From Catenulispora subtropica (GTDB taxonomy: Bacteria; Actinomycetota; Actinomycetes; Streptomycetales; Catenulisporaceae), in the NCBI RefSeq assembly GCF_039531675.1, contig NZ_BAAAQM010000050.1:50243-74242 (forward strand): a stretch of 24,000 nt of DNA, in the 5' to 3' direction. The notes beneath the pieces are model-generated. The model ran no database searches. It worked only from the letters and a program-made list of their open reading frames with translations, and was not told where the DNA came from. This document shows, piece by piece, positions 21,349 to 24,000 of this stretch. The position numbers were made by a program, and so were the translations under genes. Position 1 is the stretch's first letter; each line of letters starts with the position of its first letter.

Positions 21349-22296
21349 GTGACACAGCTGAACCTGCACCGTCTGTCGATCTTCATGACAGTGGTCGAAA
21401 GCGGCGGCTTCTCGGCGGCGGCCCAGAAGCTCTACATGAGCCAGCCCTCGGTCTCCAACCACGTCCGCAACCTCGAGCAGTCGCTCCAGACCACTCTCAT
21501 CGACCGCTCCGGCCCCCGCATCCGCCCCACCGCCGAGGGCGAGGTCCTGGTGGAGTACGCCCGCCGCGTGTTCCTCCTGACCGAGGAAGCGGTCGCCGCG
21601 ATCCGCGAAGTGTCCGGCGTGCAGTCCGGCCGGCTGGAGGTCGGCGGCACGACGACGGTCGGCACCTACCTGCTCCCGCGCCTGCTGGCCCGCTTCCGCG
21701 ACCGCCACCGCAACATCGAGTGCGACATCGTGGTGGGCAACAACGGCCAGATCGTGAAACGCCTCCTGGACGGCGAACTGGGCCTGGCGATCGTCGCGGG
21801 CCAGCCCGGCGCCCCCCAGCTGAAGACGGAGACCGTCCTCGACGAACGCCTCCTCCTGGTCGCCGCGCCAGGCCACGCACTGACCCGCCGGCCGGACGGC
21901 ACGCCCCGCGGCCCCCTGACCCCCACCGACCTCGCCGGCGAACGCTTCCTGCTCCGCGAACCAGGCTCCCAGACCCGGGACCTCCAGGAAGCCGCCCTGA
22001 TCGGCTGGGACCTCGACGACATGGCCAAGGCCGACATGTGGGGCCCCGAGACCATCAAGCAGTCGGTCGCCGCCGGTCTCGGCATATCCCTGATCTCCGA
22101 ACACGCCATCGACTCCGAGGTCCGCGAGGGCAGGCTGGTGGTGTTGGAGATCGAGCCGGCGCTGCGGTCCCGACCGGTGGTGGTCGCCTACCGGCGGGAC
22201 CGGTTGCTGTCACCGGCGGAGCGGGCTTTCCTGGGGCTGGTGCGGGGGTTGCGGACGTGGCCGGCTTTGGACGGGGGACAGCGGGCGGTGGCTTAA
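21349..22296 (+). CDS. LysR-family transcriptional regulator
   Basis: 315 aa from GTG; NLHRLSIFMTVVESGGFSAAAQKLYMSQPSVSNHVRNLEQSLQTTLIDRS HTH and periplasmic-binding-like effector domain. Confidence 0.92.
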   Translation: MTQLNLHRLSIFMTVVESGGFSAAAQKLYMSQPSVSNHVRNLEQSLQTTLIDRSGPRIRPTAEGEVLVEYARRVFLLTEEAVAAIREVSGVQSGRLEVGGTTTVGTYLLPRLLARFRDRHRNIECDIVVGNNGQIVKRLLDGELGLAIVAGQPGAPQLKTETVLDERLLLVAAPGHALTRRPDGTPRGPLTPTDLAGERFLLREPGSQTRDLQEAALIGWDLDDMAKADMWGPETIKQSVAAGLGISLISEHAIDSEVREGRLVVLEIEPALRSRPVVVAYRRDRLLSPAERAFLGLVRGLRTWPALDGGQRAVA

Positions 22297-22667
22297 GCCG
22301 AACCCTCCGCCACCTTCCCCATAGTCCCCGCCCGCGCCACGCCCTCGATCTCGACGCAGATCCCGAATACGCGCGCGTGCCCGGTCCACCCGTTGACGCG
22401 CCCGCGGTTGTTGCTGATCTGCACCCGCGCGTTCGCGTGGTCCACGGCCGACACCAGGTGCAGATACGTCGTCCCGGCCACGCGCACCAACACGATGTCG
22501 CCGGTCTCCAGCTTCGCCGGTTCCACCGGCGCCACCGTCACCTGCTGCCGACTGCGGATCAGCGGCACCATCGACGTCCCGGTCGGGCGGAACCGGACCC
22601 GCTCACCGGCGGCGACCCGTGTCGCGACCGCGTCCAACATCCCCACGCCCGCAGCATCGCAGACCAC
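22293..22667 (-). CDS. Small soluble S24/S26 peptidase-like domain protein
   Basis: 124 aa; VRFRPTGTSMVPLIRSRQQVTVAPVEPAKLETGDIVLVRVAGTTYLHLVSAVDHANARVQISNNRGRVNGW; alternative Met at 22640. Confidence 0.65.
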   Translation of the reverse strand: MVCDAAGVGMLDAVATRVAAGERVRFRPTGTSMVPLIRSRQQVTVAPVEPAKLETGDIVLVRVAGTTYLHLVSAVDHANARVQISNNRGRVNGWTGHARVFGICVEIEGVARAGTMGKVAEGSA

Positions 22668-22690
22668 CGATGCGCGGGCGATGTGTTTTT

Positions 22691-22726
22691 CGCCGGCGGT
22701 GCTCCGGTTACGCCGGCGGTGCTCCG
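22691..22726. repeat. Direct repeat, 20-bp period, across a stop codon
   Basis: CGCCGGCGGTGCTCCG at 22691-22706 and 22711-22726, identical 16-mers separated by GTTA; the kinase stop (22708-22710) lies between them. Confidence 0.9.
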
Positions 22727-24000
22727 TGCGCGCCGTCGCACAGCGGGACGCCGCCGAAGTCGCCGTCGTTGTCGCCGCCCGCGGCGGAGACCGCGTTCAC
22801 CCAGCCCCAGCCGCCGTGGTCGGAGGCGGTCCAGGCCCACCACTTGTTGTAGTACTGGCCCTGGTGTTGGGTGCGGCCGGTGGCCTGGCACAGGACCCAG
22901 TTCGTGCCCTGGTGCAGGTAGCCGGTGATCGAGCCGCTGCTGGTGTAGACCGGAGAGCCGCCGCTCGAGCCGTCGCCGGGGGTGTCGAACGGGCAGTTGT
23001 AGCCGGTGCCCTGGGAGGTCGAGGTGGTGCCGCTGCACGGGACCGGCGCGGGGGCGGGCGGTGCCGGCTGGGAGGTCGACGGGGCCGGCTTGGACGTCGA
23101 CGCGGCCGACGACGGTGGGGCCGCCGTCGTGCTGTGGGACGCCGACGAGCTCGGCGGGTGGGCCGTCGAGCCCCCGCTGGAGGACGGCTGCTGGCCGCCG
23201 GCCGGGGCGCCGCCGGAGGAGGACGGTGCCTGGTTCGAGGCCGGGTTGCCGCCGGAGGCGGGGGCCGCGGCGGACGTCGGCACGTTGTCTCCCGAGCGGG
23301 GCGCGCTGCCGTTGCCGGAGATGTCCGACGCGTCCTTGCCCGACGGGCTCTGTCCCGGCGCCGAGGACTGGCCGCTCGCGGTGGCGCCCTGAAGAGCCGT
23401 CGAGTCCTTGTGGTCGCTCCCCTGGGAGGAGAACATCACGGCCCCGGCGACCGCCACGACGGCCAGCGCCACGCCGCTGATGATCGCGACCGGCTTCTTG
23501 CGGCTCGGGGGAGCCTGCCTGCCCCGCCCGCGCGGACCGCCCTCGGCGGGGGGAGGCCCGGGGTTGTAAGGGCTGACCATCGGCGGAGGCGTCGGAAGCC
23601 GGGTCTCCATACGCGGCGTCTCGAACCGCGGCGTGTCGAACCGCTGGCCGCCGGCCCCGGCGCCGCTACCTGCCCCACCACCTCGCGCCAGGTTCAACCG
23701 AGCCGTCTCAGCCGCGGCGAACCCCGCCGTCAGGTCGTAATCCCGCACCGTGTGCCGCGCCAACGGCTCCGGCAGCCACGTCGAAGCCAACTCGTACGTG
23801 TCATCCGTCGCGGACGCGTCGGACCAGTCGGGCGTGGTGGGGACGCCCGGCCAGTCGCTCGTCCCCCGCAGCCGCGCGGCGGTGGCCGCCATCCGCCCCG
23901 CGTCCGGCCGCTGCGCCGGGTCCTTCGCCAGGCACGCCGTCACCAGCGGCCGGAGCTCCTCGGGGAGGTCGGCGAGGTCGGGCTCGGCGTGCACCACCCG
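22708..24000 (-). CDS. C-terminal part of a membrane Ser/Thr protein kinase with extracellular sensor-like domain (N-terminus outside window)
   Basis: HAEPDLADLPEELRPLVTACLAKDPAQRPDAGRMAATAARL (end of Pkinase domain), TM PVAIISGVALAVVAVAGAVMF, long Ser/Pro linker, then TSQGTGYNCPFDTPGDGSSGGSPVYTSSGSITGYLHQGTNWVLCQATGR...YYNKWWAWTASDHGGWGWVNAVSAAGGDNDGDFGGVPLC. Confidence 0.85.
   Translation of the reverse strand, partial: RVVHAEPDLADLPEELRPLVTACLAKDPAQRPDAGRMAATAARLRGTSDWPGVPTTPDWSDASATDDTYELASTWLPEPLARHTVRDYDLTAGFAAAETARLNLARGGGAGSGAGAGGQRFDTPRFETPRMETRLPTPPPMVSPYNPGPPPAEGGPRGRGRQAPPSRKKPVAIISGVALAVVAVAGAVMFSSQGSDHKDSTALQGATASGQSSAPGQSPSGKDASDISGNGSAPRSGDNVPTSAAAPASGGNPASNQAPSSSGGAPAGGQQPSSSGGSTAHPPSSSASHSTTAAPPSSAASTSKPAPSTSQPAPPAPAPVPCSGTTSTSQGTGYNCPFDTPGDGSSGGSPVYTSSGSITGYLHQGTNWVLCQATGRTQHQGQYYNKWWAWTASDHGGWGWVNAVSAAGGDNDGDFGGVPLCDGAHGAPPA

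Overview
24 kb of very high-GC actinobacterial chromosome (Streptomyces/Catenulispora-like from protein style; this is inference). It holds about 22 plausible genes plus two partial genes at the edges. I see no CRISPR array, prophage, transposase, rRNA or tRNA. Recognisable genes: an F420-ligase-like 3' fragment; a cholesterol oxidase / DapB-like reductase / AhpD-CMD operon; flavin reductase + Clp-N-domain protein divergent from an ArsR-like regulator; a secreted Ig-like/choice-of-anchor-P-like protein; a Ser-rich lipoprotein; a Tat phospholipase C; an Rpf-like/LysM protein with a structured leader; a methyltransferase; MmcQ/YjbR-like; a P-loop kinase-like protein; a class I aminotransferase; an F420-dependent LLM oxidoreductase; a pentapeptide-repeat protein; a GH46 chitosanase; a PiT phosphate transporter with DUF47 partner; a PhnW-like class V aminotransferase with a LysR regulator; an S24/S26-like domain protein; and the C-terminus of a membrane Ser/Thr kinase. 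The most informative non-coding signals are: a three-unit 11-bp PHO box directly upstream of pit, a KstR-type inverted repeat upstream of the cholesterol oxidase, a structured leader in front of the Rpf-like gene, a recurrent -10-to-start geometry predicting leaderless mRNAs, convergent gene pairs sharing stop codons, and two out-of-frame tandem duplications lying across stop codons. I did not find a convincing wholly new multi-gene system. Start codons were refined by eye. All functional names come from remembered motif and family similarity, not from a database search.
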